From Gemmatimonadota bacterium (GTDB lineage Bacteria; Gemmatimonadota; Gemmatimonadetes; Palauibacterales; KS3-K002): a stretch of DNA of 64,000 bases. The translations under genes and the position numbers were made by a program. The stretch is from contig JBDHJS010000010.1 of assembly GCA_039586795.1 (NCBI GenBank), forward strand, positions 20,039 through 84,038, written 5' to 3'. The notes beneath the pieces are model-generated. The model made no database searches and had not been told where the DNA came from. It saw only the letters and a program-made list of their open reading frames with translations. Positions 37,404 to 48,591 of the stretch are shown in pieces (within the stretch, counting starts at the first letter, position 1; the number at the start of each line of letters is the position of its first letter).

Positions 37404-39650
37404 GTGGATAAGAAAGTAGCTGTCTATATATGTCGGGGCTGCGAGATCGGAGGATCGCTGGACATCGACGCGCTCAGCGAGGTCGTCACCGACGAGTGCG
37501 AGATTGAGCTCTGTCGCGACCATGAGTGCCTCTGCAACGACGCGGGTCTCGAGCTGATCAAGGGCGACATCCAGGAAGGCGCAAACGCTCTGGTCATCTC
37601 CGGATGCTCGCCGCGATTCAAGACCGACGATTTCAAGTTCGACGGGTGCACCACCGAACGGGTGAACCTCCGGGAACACGTGGTCTGGAGCCACGAGCCC
37701 AACGACGAGGATACCCAGATGCTCGCCGCGGATTACTTGCGCATGGGCATCGCCCGAGCCAAGCTCGCCGAGCTCCCCGACCCGTTCGACGAGGAGATCG
37801 ACAAGACGATCCTCGTAGTCGGTGGCGGCGTCACTGGCATGACGGCGGCGCTGGATGCCGCAAACGCCGGCTACCACGTCGTCCTGGTCGAAAAGGAGGC
37901 GGAACTCGGCGGTTGGGCGGGGAAGTTCGCCTGGCGGTTTCCGCTCAGCCCACCCTACAAGGAACTCGAGCCCGTCGACTTGAGCGAACGCATCGCCGAA
38001 GTCCAGGGCAACGAGCGAATCACCGTTCACACTGGCACGACGATCGAGAAGATCGACGGCCAACCCGGCCAGTTCGACGTCTTGGTGAAGGCGAACGGAT
38101 CCGGCTCACAGTTCCGCGTCGGCGCCGTAGTCCAGGCAACGGGCTGGAAGCCATACGACGCGTCGCGGCTCGGCCACCTGGGGTACGGCGCGAGCCCGGA
38201 CGTGATCAGCAACGTCGAGATGGAGGAGCTGATCAAGACGGGGTCGATCACGCGGCCCAGCAACGGTAAACCGGCCCGCAGGATCGCTTTCATCCAGTGC
38301 GCCGGCTCCCGGGACGCCGACCACCTGCCCTACTGCTCCTCGGTCTGCTGCCGTGTGACGATCAAGCAGGCCCTGGTGACCCGGAAGTTCGACTCCGAGG
38401 CCGAGGCCTACATCCTGTACAAGGACATCCGCACCCCCGGACAGTACGAGGATTTCTACCGCTCGGCGCAGGATGATCCGGGCATCTTCTTCACGAAAGC
38501 GGAGGTCACCGGCGTCGAAGTCGTCGGCGACAACCTTCAGGTCGTCGCCGAGAACACGCTGCTCGGCGATGAGATCCGCATCGAGGCGGACCTCGTGGTG
38601 CTGGCGACCGGTCTGGTTCCAACGTCGGCGGACGGCGAGGGCTTGAGAAAGCTGGCCGACGCGAAGGCAACGATAGCGAAGGGCGAAGAGGGCGCGGCGC
38701 TGGAAGCGGCCAAAGTGAGCTTCGAAGAGTTCAAGCACCTCGACGGCACCGAGATACTGAACCTCGGCTATCGCCAGGGCCCGGACCTGCCGGTCTTGAG
38801 GCACGACTTCCCCGATTCGCACTTCATCTGCTTCCCGTACGAGACGCGGCGCACCGGCATCTACGCCGCCGGCTGCGTGCGGGGTCCGAACGATTCGCTG
38901 GTCAGTATGGAAGACGGGTCCGGCGCCGCGTTGAAGGCGATTCAGAGCGTCGAGCTCGCCAGCATGGGATCGGCTGTGCATCCCCGCTGGGGCGACATGT
39001 CGTACCCCGACTTCTTCATGCAGCGCTGCACGCAATGCAAGCGCTGCACCGAGGAATGCCCGTTCGGGACCTTGAACGAGGACGAGAAAGGCACGCCGCT
39101 GGTGAACCTCACACGGTGCCGCCGTTGTGGCATCTGCATGGGTTGCTGCCCCGAGCGGATCATCTCGTTCAAAGACTACTCAGTGGAAATCATCTCCTCG
39201 ATGATCAAGGCGGTGGATATCCCCGACGAGTTCGAGGAGAAGCCGAGGCTGCTGGGACTGATCTGCGAGAACGATTCCTACCCGGCCCTCGACCTCGCCG
39301 GGCTGAAGCGGATTCAACACAGCGCTTATATCCGCTTCGTTCCGGTCCGCTGCCTGGGATCGGTCAACACGGTTTGGGTGGCCGATGCTCTGGCTAGTGG
39401 ATTCGATGGGATTCTGCTCGTCGGCTGCAGGTCGGGTGACGACTACCAGTGTCACTACATCCGCGGCAGCGAGTTGATGGAAACTCGGAGCGGAAACATC
39501 CAGGAGAAGCTCAAACAGCTGGCGCTAGAAGAGGAGCGCGTTCGACTGGAGCAACTTGCCATATCTGATTTCGACAAGCTGCCTCAGATCATCAACCAGT
39601 TCGCGGAGGAAATCGACGAGATCGGCTTGAATCCGTTCAAGGGATTCTAG
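37404..39650 (+). CDS. qmoB: QmoB (HdrA-like plus MvhD domain)
   Basis: ERVNLRE, QCAGSRD, FICFPYETRRTGIY, CTQCKRCTEECP, C-terminal MvhD (RCLGS, DYQCHY). Confidence 0.95.
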   Translation: MDKKVAVYICRGCEIGGSLDIDALSEVVTDECEIELCRDHECLCNDAGLELIKGDIQEGANALVISGCSPRFKTDDFKFDGCTTERVNLREHVVWSHEPNDEDTQMLAADYLRMGIARAKLAELPDPFDEEIDKTILVVGGGVTGMTAALDAANAGYHVVLVEKEAELGGWAGKFAWRFPLSPPYKELEPVDLSERIAEVQGNERITVHTGTTIEKIDGQPGQFDVLVKANGSGSQFRVGAVVQATGWKPYDASRLGHLGYGASPDVISNVEMEELIKTGSITRPSNGKPARRIAFIQCAGSRDADHLPYCSSVCCRVTIKQALVTRKFDSEAEAYILYKDIRTPGQYEDFYRSAQDDPGIFFTKAEVTGVEVVGDNLQVVAENTLLGDEIRIEADLVVLATGLVPTSADGEGLRKLADAKATIAKGEEGAALEAAKVSFEEFKHLDGTEILNLGYRQGPDLPVLRHDFPDSHFICFPYETRRTGIYAAGCVRGPNDSLVSMEDGSGAALKAIQSVELASMGSAVHPRWGDMSYPDFFMQRCTQCKRCTEECPFGTLNEDEKGTPLVNLTRCRRCGICMGCCPERIISFKDYSVEIISSMIKAVDIPDEFEEKPRLLGLICENDSYPALDLAGLKRIQHSAYIRFVPVRCLGSVNTVWVADALASGFDGILLVGCRSGDDYQCHYIRGSELMETRSGNIQEKLKQLALEEERVRLEQLAISDFDKLPQIINQFAEEIDEIGLNPFKGF

Positions 39651-39664
39651 GGAGCGTGGTGAGG

Positions 39665-40849
39665 ATGTCCAACGCTGTTTTGCTCGTACCTGACAGAGAA
39701 TTCGTAGAGGAACTCATTGCATCGGGCGGTGGTGAACTGAAAAAGTGCTACCAGTGCGCCACCTGCTCCGTCGTCTGTGACCTGGCGGCAGAAAGTCGAC
39801 CCTTCCCGCGGAAAGAGATGATCTGGGCCCAATGGGGTCTCAAGGACCGGCTGGTGGCGGATCCAGAGGTCTGGCTCTGCCATCAGTGCAACGATTGCTC
39901 CGAGAGCTGCCCGCGAGGCGCACGCCCGGGTAACGTGCTGGCCGCCGTGCGGCAGCGCGCCGTGAAGCACTACTCGGTGCCAAGCTTCCTGGGCCGCTGG
40001 GTCAACAACGCGAAGCTGCAACCGATGCTGTTGGTAATCACGGCGGCGCTGCTGGCCCTCGCGCTCGCGGTGAAGGAGCCGGTGGAACAAGCCATGAGCT
40101 TCGGCGAGCCTCACGGGTTCTACGCGGAGTTCTTCCCACATTGGTTGCTGATTGCCTTCTTCGCCTTCTTCACAACGCTCGCGTTTGTGGCCGCCGTGCT
40201 GGGGATCGTGAGGTTCTGGCGCGCGATGAAAGATGCGGACGCGGGCCGTTCGCCGCCGACGGTCGGGCTGCTGACCGCCATCATACGCACCATCACGTCG
40301 GTCTTCGTTCACGACAAGTTCGGTAAGTGTACATCCAAGCCTTCACGCAAGACGGCACACCTCACGGCATTCTACGGTTTCATGGCGCTGTACGTGGTGA
40401 CCATCTGGGCGGTGCTCGATCTCTACGTACTTCCCCGCTTTGGGGTCGTCGCCATGTACCCCTTTGACCTGATGCACCCGATGAAGATCCTCGCCAACGT
40501 GGGCGGCGTCTTGCTGGTCTTCGGATGCATCAAGGCGATCATCGATCGAGTTCAAAAGACAGATTCTTCGCAGACGAGCACCGCGTTCGACTGGATGTTC
40601 GTCTGGCTGCTGCTGCTCGTCGGAGTCACCGGGTTCGTGATCGAGGCGCTTCGCTTCGCGATCGACCCGGCGGCCGAATCGGCGATGGTAACGGTAGCCT
40701 ACGCGATCTACTTCGTTCACCTGGTGCTGGTGTTCCAGCTTTTGGTGTATCTGCCTTACTCGAAATTCGCTCACCTGCTCTACCGGACCACGGCAATGGT
40801 ATACGTGGAACGCACAGGGCGTAGCCGGCAGCTGGCGCTAGCCGCCTGA
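39665..40849 (+). CDS. qmoC: QmoC (HdrC-like FeS domain plus heme b membrane domain)
   Basis: KCYQCATCSVVC, FPRKEMIWAQWG, CHQCNDCS..CPRG, YLPYSKFAH. Confidence 0.95.
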   Translation: MSNAVLLVPDREFVEELIASGGGELKKCYQCATCSVVCDLAAESRPFPRKEMIWAQWGLKDRLVADPEVWLCHQCNDCSESCPRGARPGNVLAAVRQRAVKHYSVPSFLGRWVNNAKLQPMLLVITAALLALALAVKEPVEQAMSFGEPHGFYAEFFPHWLLIAFFAFFTTLAFVAAVLGIVRFWRAMKDADAGRSPPTVGLLTAIIRTITSVFVHDKFGKCTSKPSRKTAHLTAFYGFMALYVVTIWAVLDLYVLPRFGVVAMYPFDLMHPMKILANVGGVLLVFGCIKAIIDRVQKTDSSQTSTAFDWMFVWLLLLVGVTGFVIEALRFAIDPAAESAMVTVAYAIYFVHLVLVFQLLVYLPYSKFAHLLYRTTAMVYVERTGRSRQLALAA

Positions 40850-40949
40850 CGGCGCAAGGCACGCAACCGCACACGGAGGACGTGAGAAGATCACTTGAGG
40901 GGATAGGGAGATTTCTCCAACCAACGTCGCATAGAGGAGAGGCACCATC

Positions 40950-42182
40950 ATGGACCAACTGGTCAGGCCGCATGGAAAAGACAAGGAACTCAAGCCACTG
41001 CTGCTGAGCGGGCCCGAACTGGCCGACGAGCAGAAGAGAGCGGAGTCCCTGAAGAAGATCACCATTACATCACGGGAAACCGGCGATGCAATCATGATGG
41101 GGATCGGCGGGTTCACGCCGTTGGACGGCTTCATGGGAAGCGAGGACTGGAAGGGCGTCTGCACCGATATGCAGATGACCGACGGCACGTTCTGGCCCAT
41201 CCCGGTAACCGTATCCTCAACCAAGCAGGATGCCGACGGCATTAAGATCGGCGAGGACATCACTCTGGTCGACGAAGACACTGGCACCAACATGGCCACC
41301 ATGAAGGTGACCGATAAGTACACGATCGACAAAGATCTGGAGTGCAAGGAGGTCTTCAGGACCAACGATGCGGAGCACCCCGGCGTCGCGATGGTGATGT
41401 CGCAGAAGGAGGTAAACCTGGGCGGCCCGATCAGGGTCCTCAGCGAGAGCTTCTTCCCCAAGGAATTCAAGGGCGTGTACATGCGGCCGGCGGAGTCGCG
41501 GCAGATGTTCGCGGAGAAGGGGTGGCGGACGGTGGCGGCGCTACAGCTGCGGAACCCGATGCACCGCTCTCACGAGTACCTGGCCAAGATCGCGCTCGAG
41601 ATCCTGGACGGGCTGTTCATCCACCAGCTGGTTGGCAAGCTCAAGGCAGGGGACATACCGGCCGACGTTCGCGTCAAATGCATCGACGCCCTGGTGGACA
41701 ACTACTTCCTCAAAGACTCGGTCATTCAGGGCGGCTATCCGCTGGACATGCGCTACGCCGGACCACGCGAGGCCCTGCTGCACGCCGTGTTCCGCCAGAA
41801 CTACGGCTGCAGCCACCTGATCGTGGGACGCGATCACGCCGGCGTCGGCGATTACTACGGACCGTTCGACGCTCAGGAGATCTTCTACGAGATCCCGGAG
41901 GGCGCGCTCGAGACGCAGCCGCTGAAGATCGATTGGACATTCTACTGCTTCAAGTGCCGGGGCATGGCCTCGATGAAGACCTGCCCGCATGGCAAGGACG
42001 ATCGCCTGCTGCTGAGCGGTACGGTCTTGCGCAAGACGCTGTCCGAGGGCGGAGACCCGCCGGAAGACTTCAGTCGACCCGAGATCCTGGCGATCCTGAA
42101 GGACTACTACGGCAGCCTGGAAGACAAGGTCGAAGTCAAGCTTCACCAGGCGGCGACGGGCAATGTAAAGAAGGGCAAGTAA
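40950..42182 (+). CDS. sat: Sulfate adenylyltransferase
   Basis: [37 protein letters not shown]. Confidence 0.98.
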   Translation: MDQLVRPHGKDKELKPLLLSGPELADEQKRAESLKKITITSRETGDAIMMGIGGFTPLDGFMGSEDWKGVCTDMQMTDGTFWPIPVTVSSTKQDADGIKIGEDITLVDEDTGTNMATMKVTDKYTIDKDLECKEVFRTNDAEHPGVAMVMSQKEVNLGGPIRVLSESFFPKEFKGVYMRPAESRQMFAEKGWRTVAALQLRNPMHRSHEYLAKIALEILDGLFIHQLVGKLKAGDIPADVRVKCIDALVDNYFLKDSVIQGGYPLDMRYAGPREALLHAVFRQNYGCSHLIVGRDHAGVGDYYGPFDAQEIFYEIPEGALETQPLKIDWTFYCFKCRGMASMKTCPHGKDDRLLLSGTVLRKTLSEGGDPPEDFSRPEILAILKDYYGSLEDKVEVKLHQAATGNVKKGK

Positions 42183-42192
42183 GGAATTCGTA

Positions 42193-42585
42193 ATGGACCT
42201 GATCACCGTCACGAGGCAAGACAATCTCGAGTTCAACATCCACGTACGTGGACGTGACGTGGTCAGCGATATGTCGCAGGAAGACGGGGGCCGGGGTGAA
42301 GGCTTCACGCCTGCGGAATTGCTCGCCGGCTCCCTCGGGGCGTGCATCGCGATGATGGTGCAGGGTTACTGCGACCGGAACGGGTACACCGACGGCGACG
42401 TCGGGGTCAACCTCACGTTCGAACTTGCAGACAAACCGAAACGGGTGGGTGCGATAGTCATCGATGTCGAACTCCCGGATGGCTTCCCCGAAGACCGTCT
42501 GGGAGTGGTTAAGCGCCTGGCCGAGAAGTGCACGGTACACGAGACACTGACTCATCCACCGCGAGTGGATGTCGAATTCGAGTAG
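42193..42585 (+). CDS. OsmC/YhfA family protein
   Basis: GFTPAELLAGSLGAC; EKCTVHETL. Confidence 0.88.
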   Translation: MDLITVTRQDNLEFNIHVRGRDVVSDMSQEDGGRGEGFTPAELLAGSLGACIAMMVQGYCDRNGYTDGDVGVNLTFELADKPKRVGAIVIDVELPDGFPEDRLGVVKRLAEKCTVHETLTHPPRVDVEFE

Positions 42586-42619
42586 CATGTAGGGGCATGC
42601 TCACGAACGGAGGATTCAG

Positions 42620-42937
42620 ATGGAACAGCGTGAATTCGGTGGCAAGCTGATCGAGATCGATGAAGACGGATTCATCCAGGATCCGGAGGCGTGGGATCAG
42701 GGCGTTGCCGCAGACCTGGCGAAGACCGAAGGCGTTGAAGACATGACCGACGACCACTGGAAAGTCGTCAACTACCTGCGCGAGTACTACCTCGAGTACA
42801 ACATGGCGCCGATGATCCGCAAGCTCTGTAAGACAACCGGTTTCAAGCTGAAGGAGATCTACGATCTGTTCCCCAGCGGGCCGGCAAAGGGTGCTTGCAA
42901 GGTAGCCGGGCTGCCGAAGCCGACCGGCTGCGTCTGA
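42620..42937 (+). CDS. dsrC: DsrC, canonical (both C-terminal cysteines)
   Basis: DEDGF, HWKVV, LFPSGPAKGACKVAGLPKPTGCV (Cx10C). Confidence 0.97.
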   Translation: MEQREFGGKLIEIDEDGFIQDPEAWDQGVAADLAKTEGVEDMTDDHWKVVNYLREYYLEYNMAPMIRKLCKTTGFKLKEIYDLFPSGPAKGACKVAGLPKPTGCV

Positions 42938-42944
42938 GGCGATC

Positions 42945-43487
42945 ATGGCGGTGCAGGAGCTGCTGATCGAGAAACGGGAGGCCATCGCCCAGAGCTGGCT
43001 CGAGGGCGCACTGGCCGCTTATCCCGGGGACTCCGCCGCACTGTTCGCGCGAGAGAGGGACCCGTTCGCGAATCCCATTGGTCACAGTCTGCGCCAGGGC
43101 ATCGAGTGCATTCTCGATGCCCTAATCGCCACAAAGGATGTTGAAGAGATCCGCGACCTCCTGGTCGAGATGATGAAGATCAGGGCGGTGCAACAGTTTG
43201 CACCTTCCCAAGCCGTGGGATTCGTTTTCCGCTTGAAAGAGATCGTGCGAGCGGAACTGGGAAGGGCGGCGGCGGATCCAGAAATCACGAACGAGCTCGC
43301 GGAGTTCGACGCGCGGATCGACGAGATCGCCCTCGCGGCGTTCGATTGCTACGTCGCCTGTCGCGAGGAGGTATACGAACTCCGCGTCAACGAAGTAAAG
43401 CGACAGGTCTCCTGGATCGTCGGCAAAGTCAACCAGCAGGATAGCGATCCGGATCTAGTCCAGATCGGCCCCAAACCAGAGCGCTGA
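42945..43487 (+). CDS. dsrT: DsrT (RsbRD N-terminal-like)
   Basis: DPFANPIG, IRAVQQFAPSQAV, CREEVYELRVNE; directly before dsrM. Confidence 0.92.
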   Translation: MAVQELLIEKREAIAQSWLEGALAAYPGDSAALFARERDPFANPIGHSLRQGIECILDALIATKDVEEIRDLLVEMMKIRAVQQFAPSQAVGFVFRLKEIVRAELGRAAADPEITNELAEFDARIDEIALAAFDCYVACREEVYELRVNEVKRQVSWIVGKVNQQDSDPDLVQIGPKPER

Positions 43488-43517
43488 AGGAGCTAACATG
43501 CGGCGAGAGGGTCACAG

Positions 43518-44507
43518 ATGAACGTGCTGATTGCCTCGGTGGCTGTGGTCGGCCTCTTTCTGCTGGGCCTTTTCGGAGGCACGCCGGGCGGGGGCTGGGT
43601 ATTCGGTGTCGTACTTCCCTACGCCGCCCTGGCGCTGTTTGTCTTCGGGCTCTTCTATCGAGTCCTGGTTTGGACGAAGGCGCCAGTGCCCTTCCGCATC
43701 CCAACGACGAGCGGGCAGCAGAAGTCCCTAGATTGGGTTGAACAACAGAAGCTGGAGAACCCGAACAGCACGCTGACGACAATCGGGAGAATGGCCCTCG
43801 AGGTACTCTTCTTCCGCTCACTGCTCAAGAACACAAAGACGGAGTTGGTCGACGGACGCAGGTTGACTTATGCAACCGACCTGGGCTTGTGGATTGGCGG
43901 GATGGCGATGCACTGGGCGCTGCTCATCGTACTGATCCGGCACCTGCGGCTGTTCACCAATCCAGTGCCCGCCTTCGTGACGTTCGTGGAAAACGTCGAC
44001 GGGTTTTTCGAGGTCGGCCTGCCGGTCGTCTTCGCGACGTCCGCCATCTTCCTGATTGCCGTCGCCTACTTGCTGTACAGGCGACTGGCGATCGGTCAGG
44101 TGCGGTATATCTCGCTGATCGGTGACTACTTCCCGCTGTTCCTGCTGCTGGCAATCGGGGTTAGCGGGTTCTGGCTTCGCCACCTGTCGAAGACGGACAT
44201 CGCCAGCGTCAAGGAGCTGGCGCTCGGATTGGTTCGCTTCGCGCCGGTCGTACCCGACACGATCAGTCCGCTGTTCTACGGGCACCTGTTCCTGGTCTGC
44301 GTGCTGCTGGCCTACTTCCCGCTGAGCAAGCTCATGCACATGCCCGGCGTATTCCTGAGCCCAACACGGAACCTGGCGAACAACAACAGAGCGGTCAGAC
44401 ACGTCAATCCCTGGGACTACGCCGTGAAGGTGCACTCGTACGAGGAGTACGAGGATGACCTCAGGGAAAAAATGAAAGCGGCCGGAATCCCGGTCGAGCG
44501 GCCATGA
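43518..44507 (+). CDS. dsrM: DsrM
   Basis: PVPFRIPTTSGQQKSL, RHLRLF, YFPLSKLMH, SPTRN. Confidence 0.95.
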   Translation: MNVLIASVAVVGLFLLGLFGGTPGGGWVFGVVLPYAALALFVFGLFYRVLVWTKAPVPFRIPTTSGQQKSLDWVEQQKLENPNSTLTTIGRMALEVLFFRSLLKNTKTELVDGRRLTYATDLGLWIGGMAMHWALLIVLIRHLRLFTNPVPAFVTFVENVDGFFEVGLPVVFATSAIFLIAVAYLLYRRLAIGQVRYISLIGDYFPLFLLLAIGVSGFWLRHLSKTDIASVKELALGLVRFAPVVPDTISPLFYGHLFLVCVLLAYFPLSKLMHMPGVFLSPTRNLANNNRAVRHVNPWDYAVKVHSYEEYEDDLREKMKAAGIPVERP

Positions 44508-46171
44508 CGAAACAACTGAAACCGGACGAACCCGAGTATTACAAGAAGGAAGAGCTGCTGAAGGTCGATTGGCGGCCACCCGGAACGCCGTGGATGGACA
44601 CACCTGTCGACTTCAGGCCGGGCACGTTTATCTACCCGGGCAAGGCCAAGAACCTGAAGATCTTCGACCTACCGTACCCCAGAGATTGGGCCGTCACCGA
44701 CGAGGACTGGCAGCTTCCCGAGGGCTGGAAGAAGACCGTACTGGAAGGGATGGCGGATCGCCTGGGCAAGTATCGCAGCTTCAAGCTCTTCATGGACATC
44801 TGCGTCCGCTGCGGGGCCTGCTCGGACAAGTGCCACTTCTTCATCGGCAGCGGCGATCCCAAGAACATGCCGGTGCTGCGGGCCGAGCTGCTTCGATCGA
44901 TCTACCGCAAAGACTTCACGGCCCTCGGTAGAGTGTTCGGCAAGCTGGCCGGCGGTCGCGAGCTCACACCCGACGTGATCAAGGAGTGGTTCTACTACTT
45001 CTTCCAGTGCACGGAGTGCCGGCGCTGTTCGGTCTTCTGCCCGTACGGGATCGACACCGCCGAGATCACGATGATGGGCCGAGAGCTGCTGGGACTGCTG
45101 GGCCTTTACGTCAACTGGGTGATTGAGCCGGTGGCGAACTGCTACCGCTACGGTAATCACCTAGGTATCCAGCCGCACGGCCTGAAGGACACGCTGGACT
45201 TCATGGCGGAAGACATCGAGGAAGCCACCGGCATCAAGATCGACATCCCGATCAACAAGAAGGGCGCCGAGATCCTCTTCTTCACGCCGTCCGGTGACTT
45301 CGTCGCAGCGCCCGGCATTTACACCTGCATGGCCTACATGCTGTTGTTCCACGAGCTGGGGATCGACTACACGTGGAGCACCTACGCTTCAGACGGCGGC
45401 AACTTCGGGCTGTTCACGTCGCATGAAGCGATGAAGCGGCTAAACGCGAAGATCTACGCCGAGGCCAAGCGCCTGGGAGTGAAGTGGATCCTAGGTGGCG
45501 AGTGCGGTCACATGTGGCGGGTGATCAACCAGTACATGAACACGATGAACGGGCCGGCGGACTTCCTACAGGTGCCGAAGTCACCGCTCACCGGCACCGT
45601 GTTCGAGAATGCGCGTTCGGCCAAGGTCGTTCACATCATGGAGTTCCTCGCCGACGCGATTCGCCACGGCAAGCTGAACCTAGATCCGTCGAGGAACGAT
45701 CATATTCGCGTCACGTTCCACGATTCCTGCAACACCGCCCGCGGCATGGGCATCCTGGAAGAGCCGCGCTACGTGATCCGTAACGTCTGCAACAACTTCT
45801 TCGAGATGCCGGAGAACACGATCCGCGAGCAGACCTTCTGCTGCGGCGGCGGCGCTGGCCTGGGAACCGACGAAAACATGGAGATGCGGTTGCGTGGCGG
45901 CCTGCCAAGAGGCAGCGCCGTGCGACACGTGCAGGAGAAGCACGGTGTCAATCAGCTTGCGGCGATGTGCGCCATCGACCGGGCGACCTTGGTGACGGTG
46001 TGTGACTACTGGGCGCCAGGCGTCCAGGTAACCGGCATTAGCGAACTGGTGGCGAACGCCATGGTGTTCAAGGGCGAGAAGCGGCGGGTGGAGAACCTGC
46101 GCCTCGAGCCGATCCCCGGTATGGAGGAAGTCGAGGAGGAGGAACAGGTCGAGGTGGGCGCGAATGAGTGA
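44504..46171 (+). CDS. dsrK: DsrK
   Basis: CVRCGACSDKC, CTECRRCSVFCP, GECGH, HDSC, FCCGGG, CAIDR. Confidence 0.96.
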   Translation: MTKQLKPDEPEYYKKEELLKVDWRPPGTPWMDTPVDFRPGTFIYPGKAKNLKIFDLPYPRDWAVTDEDWQLPEGWKKTVLEGMADRLGKYRSFKLFMDICVRCGACSDKCHFFIGSGDPKNMPVLRAELLRSIYRKDFTALGRVFGKLAGGRELTPDVIKEWFYYFFQCTECRRCSVFCPYGIDTAEITMMGRELLGLLGLYVNWVIEPVANCYRYGNHLGIQPHGLKDTLDFMAEDIEEATGIKIDIPINKKGAEILFFTPSGDFVAAPGIYTCMAYMLLFHELGIDYTWSTYASDGGNFGLFTSHEAMKRLNAKIYAEAKRLGVKWILGGECGHMWRVINQYMNTMNGPADFLQVPKSPLTGTVFENARSAKVVHIMEFLADAIRHGKLNLDPSRNDHIRVTFHDSCNTARGMGILEEPRYVIRNVCNNFFEMPENTIREQTFCCGGGAGLGTDENMEMRLRGGLPRGSAVRHVQEKHGVNQLAAMCAIDRATLVTVCDYWAPGVQVTGISELVANAMVFKGEKRRVENLRLEPIPGMEEVEEEEQVEVGANE

Positions 46172-46544
46172 TAGAACGAAGGTCCTGATAGGCCTGGCCG
46201 TCGTGCTGATCCTGGCGGCGTTTCCCATGTGGCAGACGCTGGGCGCGGCTGATGAAGCAGCGCGCCCCGAACTGGAGCTGCCTGACGACGAAACGCAGTG
46301 CATAGAAGAGACGGAGTACATGAGCGGGCGCCACATGGAACTGTTGAACGAGTGGCGCAACGCCGTGGTCCGCGAGGGAGAGACGGAATACACGTCGACG
46401 TCAGGCGAAATCTACACGATGAGCCTCACGGGAACGTGCATGGACTGTCACGACAACCGAGAGCGTTTCTGCACCCGGTGCCACGACTATGCGGGCGTCG
46501 CTCCGACGTGCTGGAATTGCCACATAGAGCCCGAGGAACGCTGA
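46164..46544 (+). CDS. dsrJ: DsrJ triheme cytochrome c
   Basis: CMDCH, CTRCH, CWNCH; HMELLNEWR. Confidence 0.95.
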   Translation: MSDRTKVLIGLAVVLILAAFPMWQTLGAADEAARPELELPDDETQCIEETEYMSGRHMELLNEWRNAVVREGETEYTSTSGEIYTMSLTGTCMDCHDNRERFCTRCHDYAGVAPTCWNCHIEPEER

Positions 46545-46547
46545 CCG

Positions 46548-47351
46548 ATGAGCGAAGACCGACGGACTTTTCTGAAAGAAGCCGGACTGGCGGCGTTGGG
46601 CCTGGGCTGCGGCCTGCCCCTCGTACGCGGCGCCTTCGCCATCACTCAGCACGGTTCGGACACACAGACCGAGTCTACGAGCCAGTGGGCCATGGTCGTC
46701 GACCTAGAGAAGTGCTTGAACGAAGAGGTGCGGGCCGCCTGCTCCGAGGCCTGCCACCGGGAGCACAACGTGCCACAGATCTCGGAGGCAGACGACGAGA
46801 TCGCCTGGATCTGGGAGGAGAAGTACAAGGATGTCTTTCCTGATCAGGTCCACGCGCATAGCGCGGCCTCGGTGAAGGAGATGCCGGTGCTGGTGCTCTG
46901 CAACCATTGCACGAACCCACCCTGCGTCCGGGTCTGCCCGACGAAGGCCACCTGGAAGCGGGAGTCGGACGGGATCGTGATGATGGATCAGCACCGCTGC
47001 ATCGGCTGCCGCTACTGCATGGCCGCGTGCCCCTACGGCTCACGGAGCTTCAACTGGAGAGATCCCCGCGACTACGTAAGGCGCGGTGACGATGGAGAGA
47101 TGTTGTCGGACTTCCCCACACGCACGAAAGGCGTGGTGGAGAAGTGCAACTTCTGCGCGGAGCGGCTGCGCGATGGACGCGAGCCGGCCTGCGTGGAGGC
47201 TGCGAACCAAGTGCCGGGTGGGGCCGGAGCGCTGACGTTCGGAAACCTGGCCGAGCCGGATTCGGAGGTAAGCCGAATCCTCGGTGAGAAGCACACGATC
47301 AGTCGAAGAGTGAACCTTGGAACTGGTCCCAACGTCTTCTACGTCGTTTAG
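46548..47351 (+). CDS. dsrO: DsrO (Tat-exported FeS protein)
   Basis: RRTFLK Tat motif; CNHCTNPPCVRVCP; CIGCRYCMAACP; EKCNFC. Confidence 0.95.
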   Translation: MSEDRRTFLKEAGLAALGLGCGLPLVRGAFAITQHGSDTQTESTSQWAMVVDLEKCLNEEVRAACSEACHREHNVPQISEADDEIAWIWEEKYKDVFPDQVHAHSAASVKEMPVLVLCNHCTNPPCVRVCPTKATWKRESDGIVMMDQHRCIGCRYCMAACPYGSRSFNWRDPRDYVRRGDDGEMLSDFPTRTKGVVEKCNFCAERLRDGREPACVEAANQVPGGAGALTFGNLAEPDSEVSRILGEKHTISRRVNLGTGPNVFYVV

Positions 47352-47381
47352 GGCCAAACGGGACGGAATCGGGAGTCGGTA

Positions 47382-48542
47382 ATGCTGCAGGACGCGTTTC
47401 GCGGAGGCAAAAAGTACTGGATCCTCCTGGGCATCTGGGCGGTGTTGATCGCGATCGGGCTGGCGGCGTTCGGTCGTCAGCTGAACGAAGGTCTACATAT
47501 CACCGGGATGAGCCAGGACGTGACGTGGGGATTGTACATATCACAGTTCACCTTCCTGGTCGGGGTGGCGGCCTCGGCGGTGATGGTGGTGCTGCCCTAC
47601 TACCTGCACAACTACAAGAAGTTCGGCAGGATGGTGATCCTCGGGGAGGGGCTGGCCGTCTCGGCGGTGCTCATGTGCATGTTGTTCATCGTGGTCGACA
47701 TGGGTCAGCCGATGCGCGTGGTCAACGTGTTCCTCCACCCGTCTCCCAACTCGCTGATGTTCTGGGACACGATCGCACTCTCCGGGTACCTGCTGCTCAA
47801 CCTGGTCATCGGCGTCATGACATTCGACGCGGAGCGCAAGGGAGCGCCACCACCCAACTGGTTGAAGCCGCTGATCTACCTGTCGATTCCATGGGCGATC
47901 AGCATCCATACGGTGACGGCATTCCTGTACTCGGGTCTGGAAGCCCGGACGTTCTGGATGACGGCCATCCTGGCCCCCCGCTTTCTGGCATCGGCGTTCG
48001 CGTCCGGTCCCAGTCTGCTGATCCTGTTGGCTCTCATCCTGAGACGCTTCACACGGTTCGACCCGGGCTGGGAGGCTATCCAGAAGCTGGCGACGATCGT
48101 CGTCTACGCGATGGTGGTCAACGTGTTCTTCGTCGGTGTCGAGCTGTTCACCGGTCTTTACAGCGACATGCCGCACCACCTGCATGCCTTCGAGTATCTC
48201 TTCCTGGGGCTCGAGGGGCACGCCGCCCTCGTTCCATGGATGTGGGTCGGTGCGGGGTTGAGCGTCGTGACCGTGGTGCTCTTGCTGATACCGAGCATCC
48301 GCAGGCAGGAAAAGTTACTGGCGCCGCTGTGCGCCGCAGTGATCCTGGCAATCTGGATCGAGAAGGGCCTCGCGATGGTGGTGACGGGATTCATCCCCGC
48401 GCCGCTGGGGCAGATAACCGAATACACGCCGACCGCTCCCGAGATTGCGATCAGCGTCGGTGTTTATGCACTCGGATTCTTTGTGCTGACGGTTCTATAC
48501 AGAGTAATAGTCAACGTCAGGGAACGACTCCAAGTAACCTGA
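47382..48542 (+). CDS. dsrP: DsrP (NrfD family)
   Basis: [32 protein letters not shown]. Confidence 0.95.
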   Translation: MLQDAFRGGKKYWILLGIWAVLIAIGLAAFGRQLNEGLHITGMSQDVTWGLYISQFTFLVGVAASAVMVVLPYYLHNYKKFGRMVILGEGLAVSAVLMCMLFIVVDMGQPMRVVNVFLHPSPNSLMFWDTIALSGYLLLNLVIGVMTFDAERKGAPPPNWLKPLIYLSIPWAISIHTVTAFLYSGLEARTFWMTAILAPRFLASAFASGPSLLILLALILRRFTRFDPGWEAIQKLATIVVYAMVVNVFFVGVELFTGLYSDMPHHLHAFEYLFLGLEGHAALVPWMWVGAGLSVVTVVLLLIPSIRRQEKLLAPLCAAVILAIWIEKGLAMVVTGFIPAPLGQITEYTPTAPEIAISVGVYALGFFVLTVLYRVIVNVRERLQVT

Positions 48543-48591
48543 CAGAACGGGCAATGGAAGCGCCATCATGCCCGCCCGAAAGGAGCTAACG

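Noticed and set aside
36138..40849. Methanogen-type hdrABC, or selenocysteine read-through
   Set aside because: Architecture and position fit qmoABC; all frames are open with no in-frame TGA
40881..40894. CGTGA-gaaga-TCAC upstream of sat as another Rex-like site
   Set aside because: Spacer is 5 nt rather than 6 and the flanks do not match; too weak to call
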